A stretch of DNA of 64,000 nucleotides from an uncultured delta proteobacterium (GTDB lineage: Bacteria; Desulfobacterota; Binatia; UBA9968). The stretch spans positions 96,001 through 160,000 of the forward strand of contig CAWJZV010000017.1 in assembly GCA_963847445.1 (NCBI GenBank), written 5' to 3'. Numbering within the stretch: position 1 is the stretch's first letter; each line of letters begins with the position of its first letter. The notes below the pieces were generated by a model. The model did no database searches. It saw only the letters and a program-made list of their open reading frames with translations, and was not told the origin of the DNA. Below, in pieces: positions 9,795-20,030 of this stretch. Made by a program: the position numbers and the translations under genes.

Positions 9795-11448
9795 ATGGCG
9801 ATTCATCCACTTGCGGGCAAGCCGGCGCCGGTCGATATTATTGATCGACGTGGCGGCGCTGGAGAAGGCCTATTACGAGCGTCAGCCCAATGTCGACGAC
9901 CCGGCCCAACTGGTCAGCTTCGGCACCAGCGGCCATCGCGGCAGTCCGCTGAGCGCGAGTTTGAACGAAGCGCATATTCTGGCGATCACCCAGGCGATCT
10001 GCGAGTACCGCGCGAGCAAGCAAATTACCGGGCCGTTGTTCATGGGTAAGGATACCCATGGGGCATCCGGGCCGGCGCAGCGGACGGCGCTCGAAGTGCT
10101 GGCGGGAAATTCTCTCGACACGATCATTCAGAAGGACGATGGCTTCACACCGACACCGGCGATCTCGCGGGCGATCTTGACGCACAACCGCGGCAAAAAA
10201 GACCGCCTCGCCGACGGCATTGTCGTCACGCCGTCGCATAATCCACCGGCCGACGGCGGCTTCAAATACAATCCGCCGGATGGCGGGCCGGCCGATACCG
10301 ATGTCACCGATTGGATTCAAGGGCGGGCAAACGACTTGCTGCGCGCCGGCAATCGCGGCGTCAAACGGATCGGCTACGACGCGGCGCTCAAAGCGACCAC
10401 GACGCACCCATTAGATTTAGTCAGCCCCTACGTCGACGATCTGACGGCGGTCATCGACATGGAAGCGATTGGCGCGCAACGGGTAAAGATCGGTGTCGAT
10501 CCCCTCGGCGGCGCGGCGCTCGGCTATTGGCAAAAGATCGCCGAACGTTATCGCTTCGATCTAACTGTGGTCAATGCGCATATCGATCCGACGTTTCGCT
10601 TCATGACTTTGGATCACGACGGCAAGATTCGCATGGATTGTTCGAGTCCCTATGCGATGGCTAGTCTGGTCCAATTAAAGGACCGTTTTCAGGTCGCCTT
10701 CGGCAACGACGCCGACTCGGATCGTCATGGAATAGTCACGCCCGCTCTTGGGCTGATGAATCCCAATCACTATTTGGCGGTGGCGATTCATTATTTATTG
10801 TCGCACCGGCCGCTGTGGAACAAATCCGCTGCCGTAGGCAAAACCTTAGTCAGCAGTTGTCTGATCGATCGGGTGGTCGAGAGTCTCGACCGCAAACTCT
10901 TCGAAGTGCCGGTGGGCTTCAAATGGTTTTCGCCGGGGCTGTTCGACGGCTCGGTCTGCTTCGGCGGCGAGGAGAGCGCCGGCGCGAGTTTCCTGTGCAA
11001 AGACGGCACCGTCTGGACCACCGACAAGGACGGCATCATTCTCTGTCTGCTCGCGGCGGAAATGATTGCGACGACGGGGCGGGACGCGGCGAGTTGGTAT
11101 GAGGAGTTGACCGGCGCCATGGGCAAGCCTTTTTACACCCGGGTCGATCTGGCGGCGACTGTGGCGCAGAAAAATGCTTTGAAAGCGCTAAGGCCGGATT
11201 CGCTCACGGCAACCGAACTCGCCGGCGAGCCGATCACGGCGAAACTCACCCACGCGCCGGGTAACGGCGCCGCCATCGGCGGCCTCAAAGTCGCCGCCAA
11301 GAGCGGCTGGTTCGCGGTGCGTCCGTCGGGCACCGAGGATCTGTGTAAGATCTACGCCGAGAGTTTGCGCTCGGAGGCGCATTTAGCGGCGATCAAGGAT
11401 CAGGCGGCGGCGATCATGCAGGATGTTTTCACGGCGGCCAACGCCTAA
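9795..11448 (+). CDS. pgm: Phosphoglucomutase (frameshift near 9835)
   Basis: [12 protein letters not shown] start; [34 protein letters not shown] motifs. Confidence 0.95.
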
Positions 11449-11459
11449 GCGAACGGGAC

Positions 11460-12278
11460 ATGGAATTTACGATCGATTCTAAAATTAAACTCAATGACGG
11501 CCATGCTATTCCGCGCCTCGGTTTGGGTGTGTGGCTGATCAGCTCGGGGAAGAGCTGCGAGTCGGTGGTGCGCGCGGCGCTCGACGCCGGCTACCGGCAT
11601 ATCGACACGGCGGCGTTTTACGGTAACGAAGAGAGCGTCGGCAAAGCGATCCGCGACAGCGGCATCGCCCGCGCCGAGATTTATCTCACCACCAAATTGT
11701 GGAACAGCGATCACGGCAATCCCGAGCGCGCCCTGGAACGCAGTCTCGGCAAGCTCAAGATCGATTATGTCGACCTTTACCTGATCCATTACCCGGTGCC
11801 GGAGCGGTTGCGCAGCTGGCGCGCGCTGGCAGGCTTGCGCGCAGGCGGCAAAGCGCGCTCCATCGGCGTGAGCAATTTCACGATCGGACATTTGACTGAG
11901 CTGCTCGCCAACAGCGAGACAGTTCCCGCCGTCAACCAGGTGGAATTGCATCCGTACCTGTACCAGCGTGAGCTGCTGGATTTCTGCCATAAAAAGAACA
12001 TTGTGATCGAGGCCTATAGCCCGCTGACTCACGGCGAGCGGCTCAACGATGCGAAACTGGTGGCGATGGCGCGGAAGTACAGCAAATCTCCGGCGCAGAT
12101 CCTGATTCGCTGGGCGTTGCAGCATGACGTGGTGGTCATTCCGAAATCGGCGAAGCGAGAACGAATTATCGAAGATGCCGATGTCTTCGGCTTCGCCATC
12201 AGCGCTGAAGATATGCGGACGCTCGATGGCTTCAATGAAAACTTGCGGACTTGCTGGGACCCGACCCATGCGCCATAA
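11460..12278 (+). CDS. Aldo/keto reductase (AKR5-like)
   Basis: GYRHIDTAAFYGNE, TTKLW, DLYLIH, IGVSNF, NQVELHP, IPKS. Confidence 0.93.
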   Translation: MEFTIDSKIKLNDGHAIPRLGLGVWLISSGKSCESVVRAALDAGYRHIDTAAFYGNEESVGKAIRDSGIARAEIYLTTKLWNSDHGNPERALERSLGKLKIDYVDLYLIHYPVPERLRSWRALAGLRAGGKARSIGVSNFTIGHLTELLANSETVPAVNQVELHPYLYQRELLDFCHKKNIVIEAYSPLTHGERLNDAKLVAMARKYSKSPAQILIRWALQHDVVVIPKSAKRERIIEDADVFGFAISAEDMRTLDGFNENLRTCWDPTHAP

Positions 12279-12310
12279 CCAATTGATCGCCATTGGCTAA
12301 GGAGGCGAAG

Positions 12311-13291
12311 ATGAACATCTCGCTAAAGTTCGGCATTGCCAGCTTGATTGTCGTTGTCGGGTTGATGGCGCAGTCCGCGCCCGCGCAAGAAACCATGCGG
12401 GTGGCGATCCCGCTATTTCCGACCGCGGCGTTTCCCTTGCTGGTGGCCAATGACCGCGGCTTTTTTCGTAACGAGGGACTGACCGTCGAACCGATCCGCA
12501 TCAACAGCGCGCCGACGACCTATCAAGCGCTGATCTCGGGCGACGTTCACGCCGCCGCCGGCGCGCCCACCGGCTTGCTGCCGAGCCATGCTCAAGGCGC
12601 GGATGTGATCGCGGTGGGCAGCTGGGACAATCTGGTTCCCTATGTCTGGGTGACAAGAGAAAAAATTGCCGACATCCGCGAACTGCGCGGCAAAAAAATC
12701 GGCGTCAATCGTGCCGGTAGTAAACCCTGGTTGATCGTCCATGTGCTGTTGCAAGACGCCGGTCTCGATCCGGCGAAGGATTTGACTTTGCTACAGATGG
12801 GCGGCGGCTCCCAGGAACGGATCGGCGCGCTGATGCGCGGCGGCATCGATGCGACGCTCGCCGACGTGCTGTTCGAACCGATCATGAAAAAACGCGGCTT
12901 CTTTGTTTTGCGCGGCAAGCCGACGCCGTTCATGAACGCGCCGATCGCCGTCAAGCGTTCCTTCGCCACTGGCCAGCGCGCGACGCTAAAAAAATTCGTC
13001 AAGGCCTACGCCGACGCGACCCGCTATCTGATCGACAATCGCGACGGCACCATGCGGCCGCTGACGCAGCTGCTCAACACCAGCGACGCCGAAGTCCTCG
13101 ACTTCGCCTACCAGTATTTGCACGCCAACTCCGAAGCGACACTCTATCCGCCTGAAGATGCGGTCAGGAATCTCATTCGCATGTCGGGCTACATGGACAA
13201 GAGATTAGCGTCCATCAGTGTCAGTCGGGTCATGGACCTATCGCTACTCGACGAACTGGGCACCAAGCGGCACCAGCGCGGACAGCGGTAG
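12311..13291 (+). CDS. ABC substrate-binding protein (SsuA/NMT1-like)
   Basis: Signal peptide; GFFRNEGLTVE; LRGKKIGV; GGIDAT. Confidence 0.85.
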   Translation: MNISLKFGIASLIVVVGLMAQSAPAQETMRVAIPLFPTAAFPLLVANDRGFFRNEGLTVEPIRINSAPTTYQALISGDVHAAAGAPTGLLPSHAQGADVIAVGSWDNLVPYVWVTREKIADIRELRGKKIGVNRAGSKPWLIVHVLLQDAGLDPAKDLTLLQMGGGSQERIGALMRGGIDATLADVLFEPIMKKRGFFVLRGKPTPFMNAPIAVKRSFATGQRATLKKFVKAYADATRYLIDNRDGTMRPLTQLLNTSDAEVLDFAYQYLHANSEATLYPPEDAVRNLIRMSGYMDKRLASISVSRVMDLSLLDELGTKRHQRGQR

Positions 13292-13327
13292 CCGTGACAA
13301 TTTCACGCTGCGAGCTTTTAGGTTGTG

Positions 13328-14168
13328 CTAGGTGATCAAGCTTTCGCCGATGCGGAACGCATCCGAGAAGCGATCCAAACCGTGGCTGCCGCCGTTGACC
13401 AGCCGGCGTGCCAGGCGCAGATCGCCGATGATCAAGGCTTCTTTGATGGCGCGCTCCTTGTCTTTGAGAAATGCCGCGAGCAGCTTACCGGCGATGGTTG
13501 GATCGTTGGCGAGTTCTGGGTTGGTCGCCAGTTTGCTGCCCATATCCAGAGCGGTGCCGAGTTTCTGATAGTTGAAACGGCCGGTGAGCTGAATGTAACC
13601 GCGGCCGCGAAACTTTGCCCCGTCGCCTTTGCCCTGGTTGCCCAGGTCGGAGCGAAAATCGTAAAGATCGTAGGGATGACCGCCGGGAGAAGTATTGAAC
13701 TTGGATAGCCCTTCATTGATCGGCTGGAAACTTTCGGTCTCGGCTCGAATGGTCGCCAGTGCCATCAGCACCATCGGCTTGTCGCCCAGGGTGCGCTCGA
13801 CCAAGCCCTTCAAGACAAACGGCAGGTTGTCGCGAATGTTGTCCACCTGTGTGAACGGAAACATCTTGGACACGATGGTGACCGTCACGCCTGGGATCAC
13901 CGACGGTAAGCGGTCGTTGGCGGCTAACTTTAGCGCCGCCAACGTGCGCGGTCCGGCGATACCGTCGGCGAGTAGGCCGGCACTTTTTTGGAATCCGATC
14001 AGCGCCGCGGCGGTGGCTGGGCCAAAATCGCCATCGGCGCGGCCGGGATTGAAGCCAACTGTTTTTAGCCTGGTTTGCAGTTTGACTACTGCCGGACCGG
14101 TGGAGCCTTCTTTGAGTAACGGTGCAGCTCCGCGCGCAGCCAGTTGAAGATGATTTGGGTTGTGCCAT
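13328..14168 (-). CDS. Peptidoglycan-binding domain + GH19 lysozyme/chitinase-like protein (frameshift near 14150)
   Basis: LLKEGSTGPAVVKLQTRL...DGDFGPATAAALIGFQKSAGLLADGIAGPRT (PG_binding_1), in frame with GH19 motifs ATIRAET, FRGRGYIQLTGRFNY, VNGGSHGL; AGGAG RBS before ATG 14168. Confidence 0.88.
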
Positions 14169-14382
14169 TTTGCTCTCCTGACTAGATTGTCATTGCTGGC
14201 TGGTCTTTTCTAAGATCCGCAGCGCGCTCAGATTTACCGATGCAGTGTAGTTCTTGTTCATCGCGGCGCGGCAGCGACCATGGAACAACGCGCAGAAAAG
14301 CTCGCCGCGGCCTCGTCCCACTCAGCGGGGTATCCCGATGGTTTGCGTCGTCGCGCTTTATACCGCAAATAGACCCGGCCCG

Positions 14383-15198
14383 TTAGACAAAAACCTTCCA
14401 GGCTTTCATGCTCTTGGTGCCGTACAGATTGGGCGTCTGGGGATACTGTTGCGACGGCAGTGCTTTGCGGATCGCGTCATGCCAGCGTTGATAGCTTGCG
14501 CTGGCCGGCAGCTTGGCAAGCTCGCGCAGTGCGACGAAGCTAAACGCGCCGTTGGGCCGGCCTTGAAAAGAAGCGTCGTAGCTATATTCGCTGTCTTGGC
14601 AACCGGCCATCAGCAGCCCGGCGTGACGCCCCGGTGGGTTGGAGCGGCGGATGGCGCGGCTGGAACCCAATTTCGCCAAATCCCGCTTCGACAGGAACAC
14701 GGCGGGCGGTAAGAAGCGCACTTTGCGCTGCGGCGCATTGCGCCCTTTGATCGTCGGCGGGGTGGTGATCGGGGCAAATCGCGCGTTGCTGCCGGAATGG
14801 CAGGAGTCGGAAATCACCAGCAGCTTTACGCCGGTTTTCTTGGCGCTGTACATGTCGAAGAGTTCGTCGTCGGTGATCGGTCCATTGGCATTGATGTCGT
14901 AGGGGCACAGACATTCGTCCTTACCGTCCGGCTCATCGCCGTTGTCATCCGGCACATAGGAGCCATGTCCCGAATACTGGATGACTACCAGATCGCCCGT
15001 GCCGGCTTTGCCGATCACCGCGGCGATCGCGGCACGCATGTTCTTGCCGCTGGCCTTCTTGTCGAACATCTTGGTTGTTGTGAAGCCCCGTTTCGTGAGC
15101 AGCGCCGCCCAATCGTTGGCGTCGTTGACGCACCCCGAAAGGTCGCTGCCGGTGCCAGGATAATCGTTGATTCCGATACAAAGCGCATATTTTGCCAT
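14383..15198 (-). CDS. Caspase-family (C14) metacaspase-like protease
   Basis: ALCIGINDY, LSGCVNDA, YSGHG (His), ISDSCHSG (Cys), GAFS, QTPNL. Confidence 0.92.
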   Translation of the reverse strand: MAKYALCIGINDYPGTGSDLSGCVNDANDWAALLTKRGFTTTKMFDKKASGKNMRAAIAAVIGKAGTGDLVVIQYSGHGSYVPDDNGDEPDGKDECLCPYDINANGPITDDELFDMYSAKKTGVKLLVISDSCHSGSNARFAPITTPPTIKGRNAPQRKVRFLPPAVFLSKRDLAKLGSSRAIRRSNPPGRHAGLLMAGCQDSEYSYDASFQGRPNGAFSFVALRELAKLPASASYQRWHDAIRKALPSQQYPQTPNLYGTKSMKAWKVFV

Positions 15199-15813
15199 GT
15201 GAGTTCTTCTCCTTGATCGATCTAGTTCGAAGTTTTTATTTTCAGTCTGTCGGTTCGCTGGCCTTCCTTACAGCAACTGCGATGCCAAGTTATCTGCTGA
15301 CGTGGGCAATGCGGGAAACGCGCCATTCGTGGCGAAATCTAACGATTTCTTCGTGCATCCAGATTAGCGCAATCGGCCGCCGGTAACTTTCGTATACAGT
15401 GGGTGTATCCATTGGTTGCATTGGTGTGTTCGCAACGACGGTTGACGACATCGGCATAGCGCAAAACTTTTAGTCGGAACTGTGTTAGGTTGGCTTGGCT
15501 GAGAAACTCTTTATCAATGACAGTAGGGAAACGCTCATGAAGATTGCTGTTAAACCGTTACCTTCCGTCATTACATATTCGCGTGTCTTCTGACAATAGC
15601 TGGGCTTGGACTTCTTCCGCCGCAGGTGTTTGGCCAATCTGCGAGTGGCGCTGCGGCCAGAACTCAGCGTCAAAGAGATGCAAGAGCGGTTGAAGACCTG
15701 CAAGTGAAACGAGCGATCGCGCCGCCGATCCCGCCTGTGAGACTGTGTCCTACTTCGCAAAAATCCGTTTTTAGCGTCTTCGACGGTGGCTGCTGCATGG
15801 GCACAAGAAGTGT

Positions 15814-15891
15814 TCACCACGAAGGCACGAAGGACACGAAGGTTCGGAAGTTAAGACTCTTCCTTCGTGCTCTTCGTGTCCTTCGTGGTGA
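15814..15891. repeat. Palindromic intergenic element (TCACCACGAAG...CTTCGTGGTGA family), minimal form
   Basis: Arms built of 9-nt CACGAAGGA-like units and their reverse complement. Confidence 0.85.
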
Positions 15892-16088
15892 GAAACTCTT
15901 TGCCATTTGGTCGTGGCGGAGCCGCGCTAGGATATCTGTGCCACGGTGATGAACCATTCCGTGTTCGAGCTGAATGATGATGTCGAAGCATAAGCGCCTT
16001 CATTTAACCGGCACTAAACTAGCGGCTCAATCTTTTGGCTTCTCTGGCCTGCCGAGTTTGGTTAAACTGTCAGCGCAGATCGATTGCA

Positions 16089-16670
16089 ATGAAACAGTTC
16101 TGGTTCATCGGCGCGCTGCTTTTCGGCGTGTATTTCTGGAGCGGTCGAGATATTGCCCGCCCAGGAGGGGTACTGGTGCCGGAGGAACCAGTCCAGCGCC
16201 AGGTTTACACGTCGCGGTTACGCGTGAAGAATGGCTACCAGATCGAGCTCCTCGCCAGCTTCGATATCAGAGCGCGGGTCATCGCTGTCGAAAGATATCG
16301 GTTTGATCGCGGTGCGGCGCTATCGCCGGTGGATCTCGCTTTGGGTTGGGGGCCGATGTCCAACGGCGATATCTTGAAGCAGATTAGCTTCTCCCAAGGC
16401 GGACGCTTCTTTAGTTGGTGGGCACAGAACTATCCGGTTCCCCGCAATGTCATCGAAAGCCATAGTGCCAACATGCATATGATTCCGGCAGACGATGACA
16501 TCGAGCGCCGGCTGAAATCGATCCGCGCGGGAAGTCTCGTGCATATCAAAGGATACCTGGTGGAAGCCATGGGTAAGGACGGTTTTCGCTGGAAAAGCTC
16601 GCTGTCGCGCAGCGACACCGGTGCGGGCGCCTGCGAGTTGATCTGGGTCGAGTCGTTGGAGAGTTGGTGA
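16089..16670 (+). CDS. Conserved hypothetical membrane-anchored protein
   Basis: N-terminal hydrophobic segment; LSPVDLALGWG, SANMHMIPA, GAGACE motifs. Confidence 0.7.
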   Translation: MKQFWFIGALLFGVYFWSGRDIARPGGVLVPEEPVQRQVYTSRLRVKNGYQIELLASFDIRARVIAVERYRFDRGAALSPVDLALGWGPMSNGDILKQISFSQGGRFFSWWAQNYPVPRNVIESHSANMHMIPADDDIERRLKSIRAGSLVHIKGYLVEAMGKDGFRWKSSLSRSDTGAGACELIWVESLESW

Positions 16671-16753
16671 GTCGCCAGCCGTTGGCAAATTTCTGGACAT
16701 TGCACCGTGCTTGGAGTAAACCGCGCATAGTTAGTTTAGCCCGAGGAGCCAAG

Positions 16754-17758
16754 ATGCGACGGATAATGCAATGGGTGTTGGGAACGATACTGACGATAAC
16801 TTTACTGGCGCGGCTGCCTGCCGTGCACGCGGCGGAAACGGCACTGAAGGTCGTCGACGTTTCGCTGCCGGCGGTGTCGTTGTTGCAGTCGCCGCTGTTT
16901 GCCGCCATCGAAAGCGGCGCGTTCAAAAAGTACGGCATGGAGGTTCGCTACATCGTTACCGGAGCGCGGAGCATCCAGGCGTTGATCGGCGGTTCGGTCA
17001 ATTTCGCCCAGGGAGTTTCGAGTCGTACCGTGCCCTCGGCGGTGCTGGCCGGATTCGATGCGGTGTTGATCGCCAACTTCAGCGACAAGTTTTTATTCAC
17101 CATGCACAGCGCGCCGGAAATCAATTCGCTACATGATCTAAGGGGCAAAATCATCGGCGTTTCCGGCCTCGGCGGCAGCACCGATTTCGCCACCCGGGTG
17201 GCGCTGCGCGAAGCTGGGCTGGTGCCCGACAAAGACGTCATGATTCGCGGCGTTGGCGGCGTGCCGGAGACCGTGGCGGCGCTGCGCGCCAAATTGGTCC
17301 ACGCCGGCACGCTGTCGCCGCCGTCGTCCTTCGTCGCGCAGAAGGCGGGATTCAAGATGTTGTTCGACATGACTAGCTTGGGCGTCGACTATGTTTCCTC
17401 CGGTCTGGGCGTCAAGAAGACCTGGCTCGTCGCTAACCGGCTGGAAGCGAAACAGTTCGTCATGGCGATGATCGAAGGGGCGAAAATCCTCAGCACGGAC
17501 GAAGAGTTCTCCCTGCGGGTATTGGCCAAGCACACGAGAATTTCCGACCGCGAAGTTTTGCAGCAGAGTTATCGCTATATCAAACCGTATTTCCTCAAGG
17601 TACCGTATCCGTCGACGCGGGCGATCAAAGATACTTTAGATGCGCTGGCGAAGGATTTGCCCAAGGCGAAGGACGCCGACCCGCGCGACTCTGTCGACTT
17701 GTCGATTGTCAAAGAAATCGAAGCGAGCGGCTTCATCGCCAGCGTCTATGGCAAGTAA
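16754..17758 (+). CDS. ABC substrate-binding protein (SsuA/NMT1-like)
   Basis: Signal peptide; GAFKKYGMEV; LRGKIIGVSGLGGSTD. Confidence 0.88.
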   Translation: MRRIMQWVLGTILTITLLARLPAVHAAETALKVVDVSLPAVSLLQSPLFAAIESGAFKKYGMEVRYIVTGARSIQALIGGSVNFAQGVSSRTVPSAVLAGFDAVLIANFSDKFLFTMHSAPEINSLHDLRGKIIGVSGLGGSTDFATRVALREAGLVPDKDVMIRGVGGVPETVAALRAKLVHAGTLSPPSSFVAQKAGFKMLFDMTSLGVDYVSSGLGVKKTWLVANRLEAKQFVMAMIEGAKILSTDEEFSLRVLAKHTRISDREVLQQSYRYIKPYFLKVPYPSTRAIKDTLDALAKDLPKAKDADPRDSVDLSIVKEIEASGFIASVYGK

Positions 17759-17759
17759 C

Positions 17760-18911
17760 ATGATGCGCCGATTTATCTCCGCCGACGATCACATCGATCT
17801 GCGTTGGCTGCCGCAGGATCTATGGAGCGAAAGATTGCCGGCGCGGCTGCGCGAGCGCGGCCCGCGGGTGATCGAGAATGACCACGGCGCGTACTGGAGT
17901 TGGGAAGGTCAAACTTTCAGTCCCCATGGCTACTACACCGCGGCGCAGGGGAGCGGTGCCATGTGGGCGATCGAGCGCGGCGGTGTCATGCGTCCGGGTG
18001 AGTTGCGGCCGACCACGGCAGAGCTGCGCTTGAACGACATGGACCGCGACGGCGCCGAGGCTTCGATCATGTACGGCCCCACCGATCCGATGGCGATCGG
18101 CGATCCGGAGCTGCGCCGGTTATGCTACCAAGCGTACAACGATTGGTTGAGCGAGTTCTGCGCGGCGCGGCCGGAGCGACTGTTCGGCGTGCCGCAGTTG
18201 TCGATGGAAGATCCGCTGGCGGCGCGCGACGAGCTGGCGCGTTTGGCCAGGCGCGGCGGGCTGCGCCATGTCAACATTCTCGCGTCTCGCGCCAGTCCGC
18301 CGGTGTACGATGACGCCTGGGAGCCGTTTTGGGCGCTCGCCGAAGAAATAGATGTTCCCATCGGCTTTCATCTTGCCGTTGTCGTGAAAAAGAGCCGGCT
18401 CGATGAATCCAAGCGCGCTGCGGCGAATTTGGTCGTCACCGTGGCTGCGCAATTCGCCCAAGAGCCGCCCGGCATGCAGTTGCTCGAACCCATGACGGGA
18501 CTAATTTTTGACGGCGTGCTCGATCGTCACCCGAGGTTGAAAATCGTCATGGCCGAAGCCGGGCTCGCCTGGGTGCCGAGCATGATCCAAGGTCTCGATA
18601 TCTGGTATCAGCGCACCCGCGACGGCCGCAGGCTAACCGGCGAAAAACCGATCGCATTGCCCAAGCTTTTACCGAGCGAATATTTTCACCGGCAGATCTG
18701 GATTAGCTTCGTCGACGATCCGTTGGGCGTTAAAATGGTCGGCAACGTGCTCGATGCCGATAAAGTGATGTTCGGTTCCGATTACCCTCATCCGGCGAGT
18801 ACTTGGCCCAACTCGCAAGCGGCGATCGCCGCGCAGATAGAGTCTTTGCCTGCCGCTACGGTGCAAAAAATAACCCGCGACAACGCCCGGGCGCTGTTTG
18901 GCATTGCTTAA
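17760..18911 (+). CDS. Amidohydrolase family protein (Amidohydro_2)
   Basis: ISADDH, AYNDWLSEFC, AEAGLAWVP, FGSDYPH. Confidence 0.9.
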   Translation: MMRRFISADDHIDLRWLPQDLWSERLPARLRERGPRVIENDHGAYWSWEGQTFSPHGYYTAAQGSGAMWAIERGGVMRPGELRPTTAELRLNDMDRDGAEASIMYGPTDPMAIGDPELRRLCYQAYNDWLSEFCAARPERLFGVPQLSMEDPLAARDELARLARRGGLRHVNILASRASPPVYDDAWEPFWALAEEIDVPIGFHLAVVVKKSRLDESKRAAANLVVTVAAQFAQEPPGMQLLEPMTGLIFDGVLDRHPRLKIVMAEAGLAWVPSMIQGLDIWYQRTRDGRRLTGEKPIALPKLLPSEYFHRQIWISFVDDPLGVKMVGNVLDADKVMFGSDYPHPASTWPNSQAAIAAQIESLPAATVQKITRDNARALFGIA

Positions 18912-18959
18912 ACCTGGATAATCTCTGAATCCGTTGTCAGAATCAGAAGTTGACGGCGC

Positions 18960-19133
18960 GGCGAGGGCAAGCCCTCCGCAGTGAAGCCAATGGGCGCCCA
19001 CCTCTGAGATCTGATTGGGCAAGTAAGCATCCGGTTTACCCAGCAGATATGCGACCGCTTCGAGCTTCCGGTTGAAATAGATTTTGCGACTGCATAGTTG
19101 GGTGGCTTCACTGCTCCGGGTTCACCCCTCGCC
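18960..19133. repeat. Imperfect ~30-bp inverted repeat enclosing ~113 bp between convergent genes
   Basis: GGCGAGGG..GCAGTGAAGCCA (18960-18989) versus TGGCTTCACTGC..CCCTCGCC (19103-19133). Confidence 0.6.
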
Positions 19134-19169
19134 GGGTCGCTCGTTGATTGGCTATTGCTGGATTCGGAT

Positions 19170-20022
19170 TTACGCCGAATGGCGTCCGATAAAATCGAGC
19201 ACTGTGCGATTGAAAACTTCGGGTTGCTCCCAATAGGGCGAGTGGCCGGCTTCGGAAAAAATAACCACTTCATTGTCAGGGATATGACGCGCGATCATGC
19301 GCGTGATCGATGGCGGCGTCGACGGATCGGCGGCGCCGGTCATGAGCAGCGTCGGTACTTGCAAAGTTTCCAGCTGCGCCGGCGTGACGATGTTGGCGAG
19401 GGATTGGCGCGCGCCTTTGCCGGTTTCGGATTGTTCATTGATCTCCCGCCACTTCTCCGCACCTTCGGGATTCGCCGCGCGGTAGGATGGGCCGAGTTCC
19501 CAACACCAGCGCGGCAGCGCTTCCAATGCTTTCAACTTGATTCGCGCCGCGGCGTCGGCGATGTAGCCGTCGCGGGCGGCGAGATTGTTGCTCGACACGG
19601 TTAGGCTCAGAAGCCGTTCGGGGTGCGACAACGCATAGTCGGCGGCGACGCTGCCGCCGGCGGCGGAACTCACGGCGTGGAATTTTTTCACGCCGAGAAA
19701 TTCGCTCAGGTTGTGTAAGTCTTCAGCAGCGATGCCGGGATTATCTGGCGGCGCGAGATCGGAGTTGTAGTAATTGCGCCGGGAGTAGCCGATGACGCGA
19801 TAGCCAGCCTGGGCGAAGACCGGCTGCTGGTACAACCAGATCAACGCGCTGCCCGATGCTGGATGTAAAAAAATTACCGGCGTGCCATTGACCGCCGGTA
19901 TCCCAATAGCCGAGACGGGTGCCGGGAAGTTCGGCGATCCCTTGCGTCGCCGGAGCCTGCTCGGGGATCGGAATCGGCGTCAGCGGATCGTTCACCATTG
20001 CAGCTGGTTTGCCTTCACTCAT
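19170..20022 (-). CDS. Alpha/beta hydrolase (frameshift near 19885)
   Basis: LGYWDTGG..LHPASG, SSAAGG nucleophile elbow, GAAD, EAGHSPYWE. Confidence 0.8.
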
Positions 20023-20030
20023 TCTAGCTC

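Noticed and set aside
13328-14168. Prophage inferred from the endolysin-like gene
   Set aside because: No holin, terminase, capsid, tail or integrase genes in the window.
15200-15800. Third gene upstream of the metacaspase
   Set aside because: Only short ORFs with no motifs or convincing RBS, so it cannot be supported; a frameshifted relic is not excluded.
15814-15891. CACGAAGG repeats as a CRISPR array
   Set aside because: They are 9-nt tandem units forming a palindrome, with no 23-47-bp repeats, no unique spacers and no cas genes.
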